Of a stretch of DNA of 64,000 nt, positions 49,795 to 61,330 are shown in pieces. The translations under genes were made by a program, and so were the position numbers. The notes below the pieces were generated by a model that was not told the origin of the DNA, did not search any database, and was given only the letters and a program-made list of their open reading frames with translations. Every line of letters starts with the position of its first letter. Within the stretch, counting starts at the first letter, position 1. Source of the DNA: Octopus vulgaris (lineage: Eukaryota); assembly GCA_951406725.2 (NCBI GenBank), contig OX597817.1, positions 162,626,001 through 162,690,000 of the forward strand, in the 5' to 3' direction.

Positions 49795-51235
49795 TGCTTG
49801 CAGTCCGGGTTACAAACTGTTAGCATTACTCAAACTGTTAGCATTACCATGTACCCACCCCAGATGGTGCTGTACCTCATAGTTTTGCTGGTTCAGTTCC
49901 CCTAGCCAGCATGCTAATTGTCCCTCCAGGTTCCTCAGTGTCTTCAGCCACTTGAGTGCTGCATGGTCCATTCTGATGATAAAGTGGGAACTATACAGGT
50001 ACGGATAGAAAGAGTCAATGCTCTTCATCACCAGCAAAACCTCCTTACGAGTTGGTCAATAGTTTCGCTCTGGTGGACTAAACTTTTTGCTGTTATATGC
50101 CACCACATTTTTGTCACCCTACCTCCGACACAGTACTCCACTGATAACATGGCTATTGGCGTCACAGTCCAGTATAAAAGGCTGGCTTGGGTCCAGGTAT
50201 GGCAACACAGGAGAACTTATTAGCACCTGTTTGAGTTTGTCAAAAGCGTTCCATGTCATGGCAGTCCATTCAAACTTTTATCTCTTTCCCAACAGCTTGT
50301 GCAATGGTGCGGTCACCATCACAAAGTACCTGTCATAGGTACACAGCCCTAGGAATCTCCTTGACTCGCTTGCACAAGTAGGAACTGGCCAATCTCCCAC
50401 TGCTGCCACCTTCTCTGGATCAGTATGGACACCGTCTTCTCCCACAACATGTTTCAAGTATCTTACTATCTTCTGGAACAGATAGCATTTCTTCGGGTTC
50501 AACTTGAGGTTTGCAGCTCGAAACTTCTTAAATACCTCCAATAACCTCTCCAGTTCCTGATCAAATGTTTGACCAAATACAAGATAGATGAGGGTGACCT
50601 GCCAGTGTAGGCCTCCAGTACCCAATCCATGAGGTGCTTGAAAGTTGCAGGGGCGTTGCACAGGCCAAATGGCATTACATTGAACTGCCACAAACCCCTT
50701 CCATATGAAAATACAGTCTTCCCCCTACCTTTTCTGGCAACCTTGATTTGATGGTATCCAGCTTTCATATTCAAAGTAGAGAATTACCAGGCCCCTGCTA
50801 AAGCATCAAGTGTGTCGTCAATTCTTGGCAAAGGATGTGCATCCTTCACTGTCGCATCATTTAGTGCTTTATAATCCACGCGGTATTTCCCTGTACCATC
50901 TTTCTTCTGCACTAAAACAACTGCTGAAGACCAGGGACTGTTTGAGTTTTCGACTACTTCCTGTCATCAATATTCCTCCATCACTTCTTCCATTTCCTGT
51001 TGCTGAACAGGGGTCATCCTCCGAGTCGGTTGTTTTTACCACACACAAAAGCTATTTTCCCTGTTAACCTTCCTCTGGTATTGCTGCACCTTTTATATGT
51101 CCATAGCTTACACCAGGTACATCTTATGGAGTTTCTCATGGAGGCAGTGCCAGGTGATTGAGACCTTTAATGATATATTGTGCTTGTGTAGACCTGTCAA
51201 GCCAAAGGAGATCGTAGTCATGACCAATGCCAGTG
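49795..51235 (-). mobile_element. Gypsy/Ty3 LTR-retrotransposon pol relic (RT and RNase H)
   Basis: MKAGYHQI, QFNVMPFGLCNAPATF, LKLNPKKC and FIIRMDHAALKWL in disrupted frames. Confidence 0.9.
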
Positions 51236-51258
51236 TGTGTGTGTGCTGGCATATATGA

Positions 51259-51492
51259 TAATGCGGCGAGCTGGCAGAAACGTTAGCATGCCGGGTGAAA
51301 TGCTTAGCGGTATTTCGTCTGGCGCAACGTTGTGAGTTCAAATTCCGCTGAGGTCGACTTTGCCTTTCATCCTTTCGGGGTCGATAAATTAAGTACCAGT
51401 TATGCACTGGGGTCGATGTAATCAACTTAATACCTATGTCTGTCCTTGTTTGTCCCCTCTATGTTTAGCCCCTTGTGGATAATAAAGAAATA
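51259..51492 (+). mobile_element. Meta-like SINE (family B)
   Basis: TSD ggcatatatga. Confidence 0.88.
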
Positions 51493-51660
51493 GGCATATA
51501 TGAATATTGGAAAAAAGGTTTAGGAAATGATGGGAAGTATTTTTCAAAATGATAATGATATGTATAAAATTATTTTTAAGTGTCTGTTCTTATTTATTTG
51601 TTGTGGTTGGGTCTATATTTAATTGTTGTTTATACTTGTTGATAAATTGCCATTCTTTAT

Positions 51661-52075
51661 TTAGTCTTGTTGATTGAAGGAATCCGAACATTTGTAGAGG
51701 GGAAATATTTTGAAATTTGGTAAGATCATTCCTGCACAGGTTGCAATGTGACTGCTTAAAGGAATTTTCCTTGTGCTTTTATCTTGGACCTGTTGGCGAT
51801 GGGATGTCATTCTGTTGCATAACGATCTGCCCGTCTGACCTGTGTAATTATGTTGGCAACCATTGCATGTGATTACGTAGATCAGGTTTTCCATGTTGCA
51901 GGTGAAATTGGACTGGACTTTGGAGGTTTGGCCAACTTTGAATTTTAATTCTGGCCCCCTCAATTTAGTAACAGCAAGTGCCGCACTTCTTGTGCATTTT
52001 GTAACCATTCGATTGGGGGTTTCTTTGTGCATTTTTGTTCCAGTGAGAATGAGTTTTAGTGTTTGGGGCTGCCTT
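51661..52075 (-). mobile_element. Penelope-like element fragment (GIY-YIG endonuclease)
   Basis: FTC..NLIYVITCNGCQHNYTGQTGRSLCNRMTSH is a PLE-type GIY-YIG with the CxxC insert. Confidence 0.82.
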
Positions 52076-55000
52076 TTGCTTTTGATGATTTTTTTCTTTC
52101 TAAGATTCATGGTTTCCTGCTCTCTTGTTCTGAATGTTCTAAGAATCCATCTGGCCAGCTGCTTGCATCTCATTGCCAACTTAGTGAAATGCACAAGGAT
52201 GCATTACTTCTCATGTCAACGTTCAGCTCATGTACTGATTATGAATCTAGAACTATGATCCCTCCAGGTCCAGTGTATTTTATCTGCCGATAGCATTAAA
52301 CAGCTTGTTATTGCTTCTTGTCTCAAAGTCTTTGATTCCAGACCTTTTAAGTTTTAGCCACTGATCACACAAGTCATAACCAGTTCCAGCCACAATGCCA
52401 GATAACAACACCCATCCAACAGCATTACAGCAATCTCTTTCTTCGTCGCTACCATCTTCTTCTTAATGACATCAACAACATCTCTACATACACAGCTCAA
52501 CCAGCAACACTGCACAGGTTCCAACACAGCAGTTTGTGAATTACTTCACCATGGTTAACAGCGAATATACAACCTGCGAGAATTCCTGTACAACTAACCC
52601 ACACAGCAGCATTATAGCCACAACTTCATATGACACGTACCACACCAGCTCGGCATCTTCGCTGCAACTTCTTCATACAATATTTCAACTACTGTGTACA
52701 ATTGACTATGAACTGGTATCTCTCATTTCTTGTATCTGTGAACATTTGTAATTTATTTTATCATTCAGTTGTGGTAGCAATTGAATAATATTCTTAAGGC
52801 TGCAATTTACTCACATGCAATATCTTTCAGAGCTTATCGCTCATTCAATTCTCAACCAAATTGGAAACTGTTAACATTGTTGAAGAGAAATAGTCCCTAG
52901 TTATATTTTGGCATAAAAAAATTAAGATTTGGTCCAGTAGAAAAAAGTTTGCGTCAAAATTTCTAGCCACATTATAGGAGAGTAAGTAACGCCTCCAATC
53001 AAGTTTAGATCTAAATAACTTTTTTATTTTAAAAGCATAATATATTTATCTTAGCTTCAATGATAGAAGAAAGCATGAGGAATTTCATAGTTTTGGTCCC
53101 AGGCAACAAAAATTTGTATCAAAAAAAGTTGAGGTAAAATATCCTGAAAAAAAAATATAAGGCAAAAAATTGGATTTAAGTATAATTAACTTTTTTATTT
53201 TACAAACAAACTATATTTTAATTAAGCTTAAATGATAGAGCTCAATTCAAGGAATTTCATGGTATCAATCTCATGCAGTGAAATTTTAAAAGAAAACGAT
53301 TACGAGTGTTAATTTCTCAAATTTGAGGGTGATATAGTTCTATACTTTTATGAATATAGTTTTATAAGGGGACTTTTAATATGTGCCATTGAGATAAGGA
53401 AAAAATTATCATCTTCACTGCTAATTAACACATTATTAGTTAGCACAACATGACCTAGAAAAAAAAATGGATTACATAAGAAAATGTGAGCAAGAGAAAT
53501 AATATTATTAAGATTATAAACTTGGAAAAGTACAGGACAAGTTATTACACTTGGAAAAGTCCAGAACAGGTTATTACAACTGGTAAAGTACAGAACAAGA
53601 AAAATTTTTACTTTATCATTCCCTTTTCAGTTGACAATCCAGAAAGAAAATTAATTTGATGACAAAAAAACTAAATTATAAAAGTGATAGCTAAAGCAAG
53701 TGAGCTGGTAAACTCATGGAGAAAATAGGGTTGATTTATTGTTGAGAACTTGGAAGCTGCTGCGATTGACGAAATGGTAAACTCAACAATATATTCAACC
53801 ACTACCGTTGTTGAATGATAATTACATTTGAAAAAACACTCCTGCACGTCAATATCTATCATTAGACATCACAAAGATCAGAAGTGCACCATGAATTTTA
53901 AATATCTTAGTCAAATGAAAGAGGATCATAGAAAATAGCACATGATCTGAAATTAACGAAACCCTTCTAAATCTAGACTTAATATTCTCTGCAGCTTCTT
54001 CACGATCTGCTAGACTGATATATTTATGTGCCATGCAGTTAAAGAGAAATTACTGAAATAACTCGTTACTGATTTTATCCCACTTTGGACACCATTTCTT
54101 GGGAATTGAAAATGATCAAATTAGACCTTAGTATGAGGGGGAAAAAACTGAGTTGGGATATTAATTGTTAAGCATGAAAAATTCCAGATATTTTATTGGC
54201 AACTTCAATTACAATTGGGTTCAAAGTTGAATAAAAAGTTTTTGAAAGAAAGTGCCTTGTGGGATGACGTCAGCAGCTGGGGAGCTGACCAGAAGAGGAG
54301 GGGGCAGGAGTGACGCGCAGGCAGGCAGGGCAGCATTGGGCTTTTCAATCAAGGTAGCTGAGCGAGACAGACATGTGAGCTCATTGTTAAGGTAGGGGAA
54401 AAGCAGCTGCTATTTCTAGTGTTCGGGTTGGGCTGCGTGAAAGGGTGCATTACCACTGAGAGGTCTCCTTATTTCAAATATCTCACATACACCACACCTG
54501 TCACTTAAGTTTCAAAGTTTCTCAACTTATACAACTATGCTGACCAATTTTTACTCCGAAAGACGATGTAACAGCACAAAATCATGGTGTGACATTCAAA
54601 ATGTCGAGGAAATGGGGGTGGGGAATAACAAGAAAGAAATCAGAAATGACCCATTTTGCCTCACTAACCCAATTTGCCCCACCCTCTTCATGCCTATAAG
54701 TTCTTCATTCTTTAGACTCTGTTTCGTATCATGTCACACTGAACATGAGCTTGTCTTTAAATGCACTTTCCATCTCAAATATATCTGTGTGTATTAGAGT
54801 ATAACATTTACCTTTAGTTTCAATATATATTAAATAATATATCTGGGGCTTGTTTTAAATAATTTGATGATTCACAATAAGAGAAAAGTCGAAAAATAAT
54901 ACAATATCAAAATCATTTAATTACACTAAAAGAATTATTGTAGACCACGACAGTCCTGGAGTTTTATGTTCTGCTAGCTTTGCAGACATAAATGAAAGAA

Positions 55001-55320
55001 ACTAATCAGTTTTACGTATTAATCGGTTGTTGCTAAATGTAGACCCTCGAGGACTTCGGTCAATCCACTGCACTGGATAGATACAAAAGAAAGACATGTA
55101 AAACTGAACGAGCATTAAATACAAATGTTTCTCTACAAAAATTATGATTTGTATTCCTATATTGATTTAATATCGTAACTCGGAAATAAATACTCAAATG
55201 TAAAAAGCAGAACGTGGAGTTTACAATCATACTTTCACAACTATCATATAAGAGGGATCACCGATAATTATTCAGTTTACGCTTGTAGAATCAAAACGTA
55301 TTGGTGACAGTATTGATAAT

Positions 55321-55729
55321 GGCAATCTTTCGTCTCTAGTAGACCTTGCCGTCGATTTCCGTAAAAAACTGGGCTTGCGGGAACTTTTGAAGTAATGAGA
55401 GCGAAAGAGACTAAGAGAAAGCGATTGTATGACGAGGGAAGTTCTTTTGAAGTCACCGTGCATGGGAAGCATTGATGTACATGTGGGTGTGTGTGTGTGT
55501 TTGTTGGGGTGTGGGAGACAGACAGTATGTTGTGTAAGTGAAGTGCTTCTCTTAGTGTGTGTGAAGAGACAGAGTAATGTGTGAAAGAAAGAGATAACTG
55601 AATTTTTTTACTCGGTGTATGTGTATATGTATGTATATTACTTCAAAAGTTCCCGCAAGCCCATATGTAAAAAAAACAACAATTTTTACGGAAATCGACG
55701 GAAAGGTCTACTAGAGACGAAAGATCGCC
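55321..55729. mobile_element. MITE with ~75-bp TIRs
   Basis: GGCAATCTTTCGTCTCTAGTAGACC...GGTCTACTAGAGACGAAAGATCGCC; TSD ttgataat/ttgataac. Confidence 0.88.
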
Positions 55730-56265
55730 TTGATAACTTTGATTTTAGTTTGTTTTTGTTTATTTACTATATTTTCTTTCTTTTTTTTTTTTGATGTGTA
55801 CTTATAGCTGCAAGTCTGTTTTATGAAAGGAAAGAAGAAAGCAGTAAGAAATGATAACTAGATAGATAACCAGTCAGAAATAAAGATTTATGTGTGAAAG
55901 ACACAAATAGATGGTTTTATTAGTCGAGTAAATAATCATTTTCTCCAAAGAAAAGCTGGAAATCAGTTGTAAATTACAGATAAAGATGACGAGGAGTGAC
56001 AAAAGTGAGTAAAATATCAGACAATCTACTTTGTTGTGTTTAGTTATTTCCCTTTACTTTATATTATTTTATTAACGAACGTAAACTGAACAATTGATGG
56101 AAAAATGTTAAAAACGATGAGAAAAAATTATAAAATGTATATTATTTAGAACATCTTATATATACATATATGTGTGTGTGTATACATATGTGCATGTATA
56201 TATGGATGAATGTAATAAGACTCAACAAGGAATATCTTTGAAGAGTACGTTAAAAATAGAGGCAA

Positions 56266-56391
56266 ATACGAATTGGTGTCTAAAGAGTGAAGAAGCTCTC
56301 TGAACGTTAATGTAGATTAAACGTTTAAAAAGCCCAGCTTTAACGACCAGGTAATTAATTACTTTAAGACTTTGGTCGACACACTGAAAAG
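56266..56391 (+). other. Putative non-coding first exon of ZNF-C (exon 2 starts at 57592)
   Basis: Paralogous block ATACGAATTGGTGTCTAAAGAGTGAAGAAGC...AG|GTAAGG; acceptor ttcAG|ATTAACAGACAAC. Confidence 0.65.
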
Positions 56392-56632
56392 GTAAGGTGA
56401 CAAAAATTTACTCGTATAAATCTCTAAATAACATGCGTAAATAACAGAATTATTAACCATGAAATAATTCTATACTTTTCTTTGTTCCTTTTTTTCTTCT
56501 TTTCTTTCTTTTGTTAAATATATTCTTGTTCATATTTTGAATAAAAACCATCTCTCATTACAAAGAGTAATTACTTCCAAACTGAAATGTTGATCTGATA
56601 TTTTGAAAAAAAAAAAATCCCTGACTGTTACA

Positions 56633-57011
56633 TCTTTATATATAAAAGAGAAGTTGTGTGTCTATCCCCTTCGATTTAGATTCCTAACTACTCCCACATT
56701 TTGCGGTGCAGTTTAACCAAAACCGGGTATCTTATTAGTCGTGATTTATATCGAGCCCTTCTGGGTATTAGCGCGCGTCTACGATGAGTCTACGATTTAA
56801 AAAAAAAATTACCATCATTTTTTTCCATTTTAATGCATTTTTTCGCTATTATATAAGAGAAGTAACTCTCTAAAAATGTCTACGATGAGTCAACGATTTT
56901 TAAAAAAATTTACCATAATTTTTTTGCTATTTTTTGGCTATATAACTCTCTCAAAATGCTTATATAGATATTTCCCTTACAAACCCGAGCAACGCCGGGT
57001 GATACTGCTAG
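56633..57011 (+). mobile_element. Non-autonomous Helitron in the ZNF-C intron
   Basis: A|TCTTTATATAT...CTAG|T termini with hairpin; closely similar to the 42956-43344 copy. Confidence 0.88.
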
Positions 57012-57036
57012 TGTGATATAAATTAAATATCATATC

Positions 57037-57475
57037 TGGCGAACGTTGGAAATAGATAGCACCAAGTTGGAATTTCTCCGTTTTGACGAGTATTTTTCAA
57101 ATTTTTTTTCTACGGTGGCCTTGGAAATGCTTTCTGTAAAGTTTTAGCAAAGACATTTGCGAAAACTATAGAAGCCTTTTCGGTTAAAAAAAAAACAAAA
57201 CATTTTTCAGACGAAAAGGTGTGATTTAAGGGAGATTTGACGGTTGTTTCTAGCGTATCAAACAACCAGTAAAGTTGATAAAAATAAATTTTCAAACGTT
57301 TTTTTCGTAGAATGAGTTTATGCTATTAATGAGACCATTTTTCTAAAAAAAAAAATTTTGTTAAAAAAATACTCCAGATCATTTCCAAGGGCACCGTAAA
57401 AAAAAAAAAATTTGAAAAATTCCCGTTGAAACGGAGAAACTCTAACTTAGTACTACCTATTTCTGATATCTGCCA
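57037..57475. mobile_element. MITE with ~90-bp imperfect TIRs in the ZNF-C intron
   Basis: TTTCTCCGTTT...TACGGTGGCCTTGGAAATG is inverted as ATTTCCAAGGGCACCGTA...AAACGGAGAAA. Confidence 0.75.
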
Positions 57476-57958
57476 CATTACATTGACATTACAACCAGTT
57501 GTACTATGTTATATAATTTGTCTAACAATACAGAAATGTAAAATTTTCTTGTTTATCTTCTGTTTCTTATACTCTTTGTTTATTATTTCAGATTAACAGA
57601 CAACGTTGGCATTCAGGATATATTTTTACATTGAATTCATCTTCGATATTTGTAATCTTTTGAAGTCTAAGGGGAAATTTTATATATGACATATAACCCT
57701 ATTGCTATTAATCGATGTTAGAACTACTGTGAAATACTGGCTTTAAATAGCAGCGTTTCTCTACCTCACTATCTGATGCCTTTCTCTTTGAATGAAACTT
57801 GATTAAATTTTTGAAGGTGTTTACAACACCTCTTAGATATCAGTGAATATTACAGTTGATAACAATAGACTGAGATTTTATATTCATTGAAGAGGTGTTC
57901 AAAATGTTAGGAAAAACCCCCATATCACTGTGAAATCTGTGGAAAATTTTTCTCTAAA

Positions 57959-59263
57959 ATGATTAAATTACATAGCCACATGCATATTCACACAGGGGAG
58001 AAGCGATTTCATTGTCATATCTGTGATAAATCATTCTCTACAAGTAGTGGCTTAACTAAACATGTTCGTATGCATACAGGAGAGAAACCATATCAGTGTG
58101 ATGTCTGTAGTAAAGCATTTTCTGCCAGTAGCTCCTTAGCTAGACACAAACGTCTTCATACAGGAGAAAAACCAAATCCGTGCGATATCTGTGATAAATC
58201 GTTCTCTGACAGCACAAAACTGAGTAGACACAAACGTATTCATACTGGAGAAAAACCATATCACTGTGATTCCTGTGGTAAATCATTCGCAGGAAGTAAT
58301 GACTTATGGAAGCACATACGTATTCATACAGGAGAGAAACCATATACGTGTGATACCTGTGGCAAATCTTTCTGCCATTCCAATGATTTGACTAGCCACA
58401 AACGTATTCATACAGGCGAGAAACCATACAAGTGTGATATCTGTGATAAATCTTTCTCTCATTCCACTGATTTAACTACCCACAAGCGTATTCATACGGG
58501 TGAGAAACCGTTTCACTGTCACATCTGCAGTAAATCATTCACTGGACGTAGTGCCTTAACTAAACACCTACGTATGCATTCAGGAGAGAAACCATTTAAC
58601 TGTGATGTCTGTGGTAAATCATTCTCTGAAAAACCTAGATTAATTAGACACAAACATATTCATACAGGAGAGAAGCCCTATCACTGTAATTTATGTGGTA
58701 AAGCATTCTCTTACAATGATCTTTTAACTAACCATAAACGTATTCATACATTGGAGAAGCCGCATCACTGCCGTATTTGCGGTAAGTCATTCTTACGAAA
58801 TGGTGACTTAACTAAACATGTCCGTATGCATACAGGTGAGAAACCTTTTCCTTGTGATACGTGTGGCAAATCATTCTCTGCAAGTAGTGACTTGGCTAAG
58901 CATAAACGTATTCATACTGGAGAAAAACCATTCTGCTGTGATGTTTGTGGCAGATCATTCTCCAGAGCTAGCATCCTATCTAAACACATACGTGTTCATA
59001 CAGGAGAGAAACCATATCAGTGTGATATCTGTGCTAAATCGTTCACTCATAAAAGTGTTTTAACTGTCCACCAACGCGTTCATAGCGGGGAGAAACCGTT
59101 TCGTTGTCATATCTGTGGTAAATCGTTCTCTGGAAGTAGTGACTTAACAAAACACAATCGTATTCATACAGGGGAGAAGCCATATCTGTGTGATATCTGT
59201 GGTAAATCTTTTGCTGAAAAACGCAACTTAACTGCACATTTATCTATCCATACAAAAACGTAA
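57959..59263 (+). CDS. Tandem C2H2 zinc-finger protein (ZNF-C), 15 complete fingers plus an N-terminal half finger
   Basis: 434-aa ORF. The paralogous ATG at 57904 is out of frame by +1. Confidence 0.92.
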   Translation: MIKLHSHMHIHTGEKRFHCHICDKSFSTSSGLTKHVRMHTGEKPYQCDVCSKAFSASSSLARHKRLHTGEKPNPCDICDKSFSDSTKLSRHKRIHTGEKPYHCDSCGKSFAGSNDLWKHIRIHTGEKPYTCDTCGKSFCHSNDLTSHKRIHTGEKPYKCDICDKSFSHSTDLTTHKRIHTGEKPFHCHICSKSFTGRSALTKHLRMHSGEKPFNCDVCGKSFSEKPRLIRHKHIHTGEKPYHCNLCGKAFSYNDLLTNHKRIHTLEKPHHCRICGKSFLRNGDLTKHVRMHTGEKPFPCDTCGKSFSASSDLAKHKRIHTGEKPFCCDVCGRSFSRASILSKHIRVHTGEKPYQCDICAKSFTHKSVLTVHQRVHSGEKPFRCHICGKSFSGSSDLTKHNRIHTGEKPYLCDICGKSFAEKRNLTAHLSIHTKT

Positions 59264-59635
59264 CTGTCTCTTAGAATTGGTTACTGCTCACAACAACAAT
59301 CAACATTTTACAACCATTTTCATTGTTAAATCCTGGATTAGCCACATGAACTAAACAGTAATCATTGAACCAGACCAGTGACATACTACATACTCACCAT
59401 GATTCCCTTTCTGAGGTATTGTTTTGCAGCCAGATGTCATCCCTTTTAGTAATCTCTTATATGAGATATATGTAGTTTATCTGGACTCATGCTCTTTGTT
59501 AAAATTCATATTAAAAAAAATAACTTGTATAACCATAAATGTATTCAAACTGCACTGAAGATATAACATTGTGAAAGCAAGCTGCAGTGACTATATTTTT
59601 TTATCATCACAATTACATCTACATTGCTGAGATAA

Positions 59636-60045
59636 CATCATCATCATCGTTTAGCGTCCACTTTCCATGCTAGCATGGGTTGGACGGTTCAACTGGGGTC
59701 TGGGAAGCCAGAAGGCTGCACCAGGCCCAGTCTGATCTGGCAATGTTTCTATGGCTGGATGCCCTTCCTAACACCAACCACTCCATGAGTGTAGTGGATG
59801 CTTTTTACATGCCACCAGCACAGGTGCCAGGCGAGGCTGGCAAACGACCACGATCGGATGGTGCTTTTTACGTGCCACTGGCACTGGGGCCAGGCGAAGC
59901 TGGCAATGACCACGAACAGATGGTGCTTTTTACGTGCCACCGGCACGAGGCCAGTCGGGGCGGTGCTGACAACGGCCATGTTCGGATGGTTCTCTTACGT
60001 GCCACCAGCCCTGGTATCACAGCTGCAATTTCCATTGATGTTGAG
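59636..60045 (-). mobile_element. Family D retroposon downstream of ZNF-C
   Basis: (CAT)n tail on the + strand, core motif and diverged internal units. Confidence 0.88.
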
Positions 60046-61330
60046 TCCATATTTTTCCAGATTAGTGAAAAATACTGTTGATACCTATATCTAAAAAAAG
60101 AGCACTCCACCAGTTATGATGACAAGGGTCCCAGCTGATACGATAAATGGAACTGCTTGCTCATGAAATTAACATGCAAGTCCATACGTGTACCCTTAAT
60201 GTAGTTCTCAGGGAGATTCAGCATGACACAGAGTGCGACAAGGCTGGCCCTTTGAAATACAGGTACAACTCATTTTTGCTAGCTGAGTGGACTGGAGCAA
60301 CGTGAAATAAAGTGTCTTGCTCAAAGACACAACACGTCGCTGGGAAATGAACTTATGATCATGAACCGAATACCCTAACCACTAAGCCATGCACCTTCAC
60401 TGATACCTATATATATAATATAGGTAAATAATTGAGAAATTTGTCTTGTATGCTGAAAGAGAACAGATAATTTTCTGAAATTGCCTTCAAAATGTAGATC
60501 TCTTTGTGTGTATATACGTATATATATATATGGACAGTTGACGATTTTCCTTCTCCGGACTTTTCCCTTTCTCCTTTCCGACAAAGAGCCATGCTTGAAA
60601 CATTAGAGACTCCCTTCTTTCACCAAGCATCTAACTAATATAATTCTTGTGCATGTCCTCACATGCGTTTCTCTTTTTTTTTTTTTTCTCAATTTGTTTT
60701 TTGAATTGGCTATATTTATATCTAGGGACATTTTATTATCTCCCTTTCTTTCAAACTTTTCTAATCATTCACCATGCTTGACTGCTAAATCTACAAGTTT
60801 TTTTTCATTCACTCTCTTATTGCTTTCTGTTGAAGAGTGTAGGCTCAAAACGAAAAAGACTTTTCCATTTTCCTGAGCATCAAACTAATATACCTGCTTG
60901 TTGTTCATACACCTGTCATTGTCTTTTGTTTTCCTATAAATTTTATCTATATATGTATGTGTGTGCTTATAAAAAGCAAAAGTTGTCTGTACATTAACCG
61001 CTAATTTCACTAAATAAAATTGATAAGTTTGGTTTTTTTATGTATTTTCAACTTATCTGACCTCTGTCATGCTCACTATTTTCTTTTTTTTTTTTTTTAT
61101 CCTGAAACATTTGAGAGTATGGGTTAAATTACCTTTAGAATTTGAAGTTCAGAAGTGTGGAAGTTGTAAGGATAATTTATGGACACTCTTCTATCACATC
61201 AGTTGTGTTGGGAAAACAAGACTAAAACAACAAATGGAGTGGGAGTGACAGAGATGCTATATGCAGGCAATGGATTTAATTTATTAGTTTCACAGACATA
61301 TAAATACATATATGAAATTATGTATATATA

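Noticed and set aside
51661-52194. 177-aa functional endonuclease gene
   Set aside because: A chimeric ORF spanning a CR1-like scrap and a Penelope GIY-YIG fragment, with no reverse transcriptase attached.
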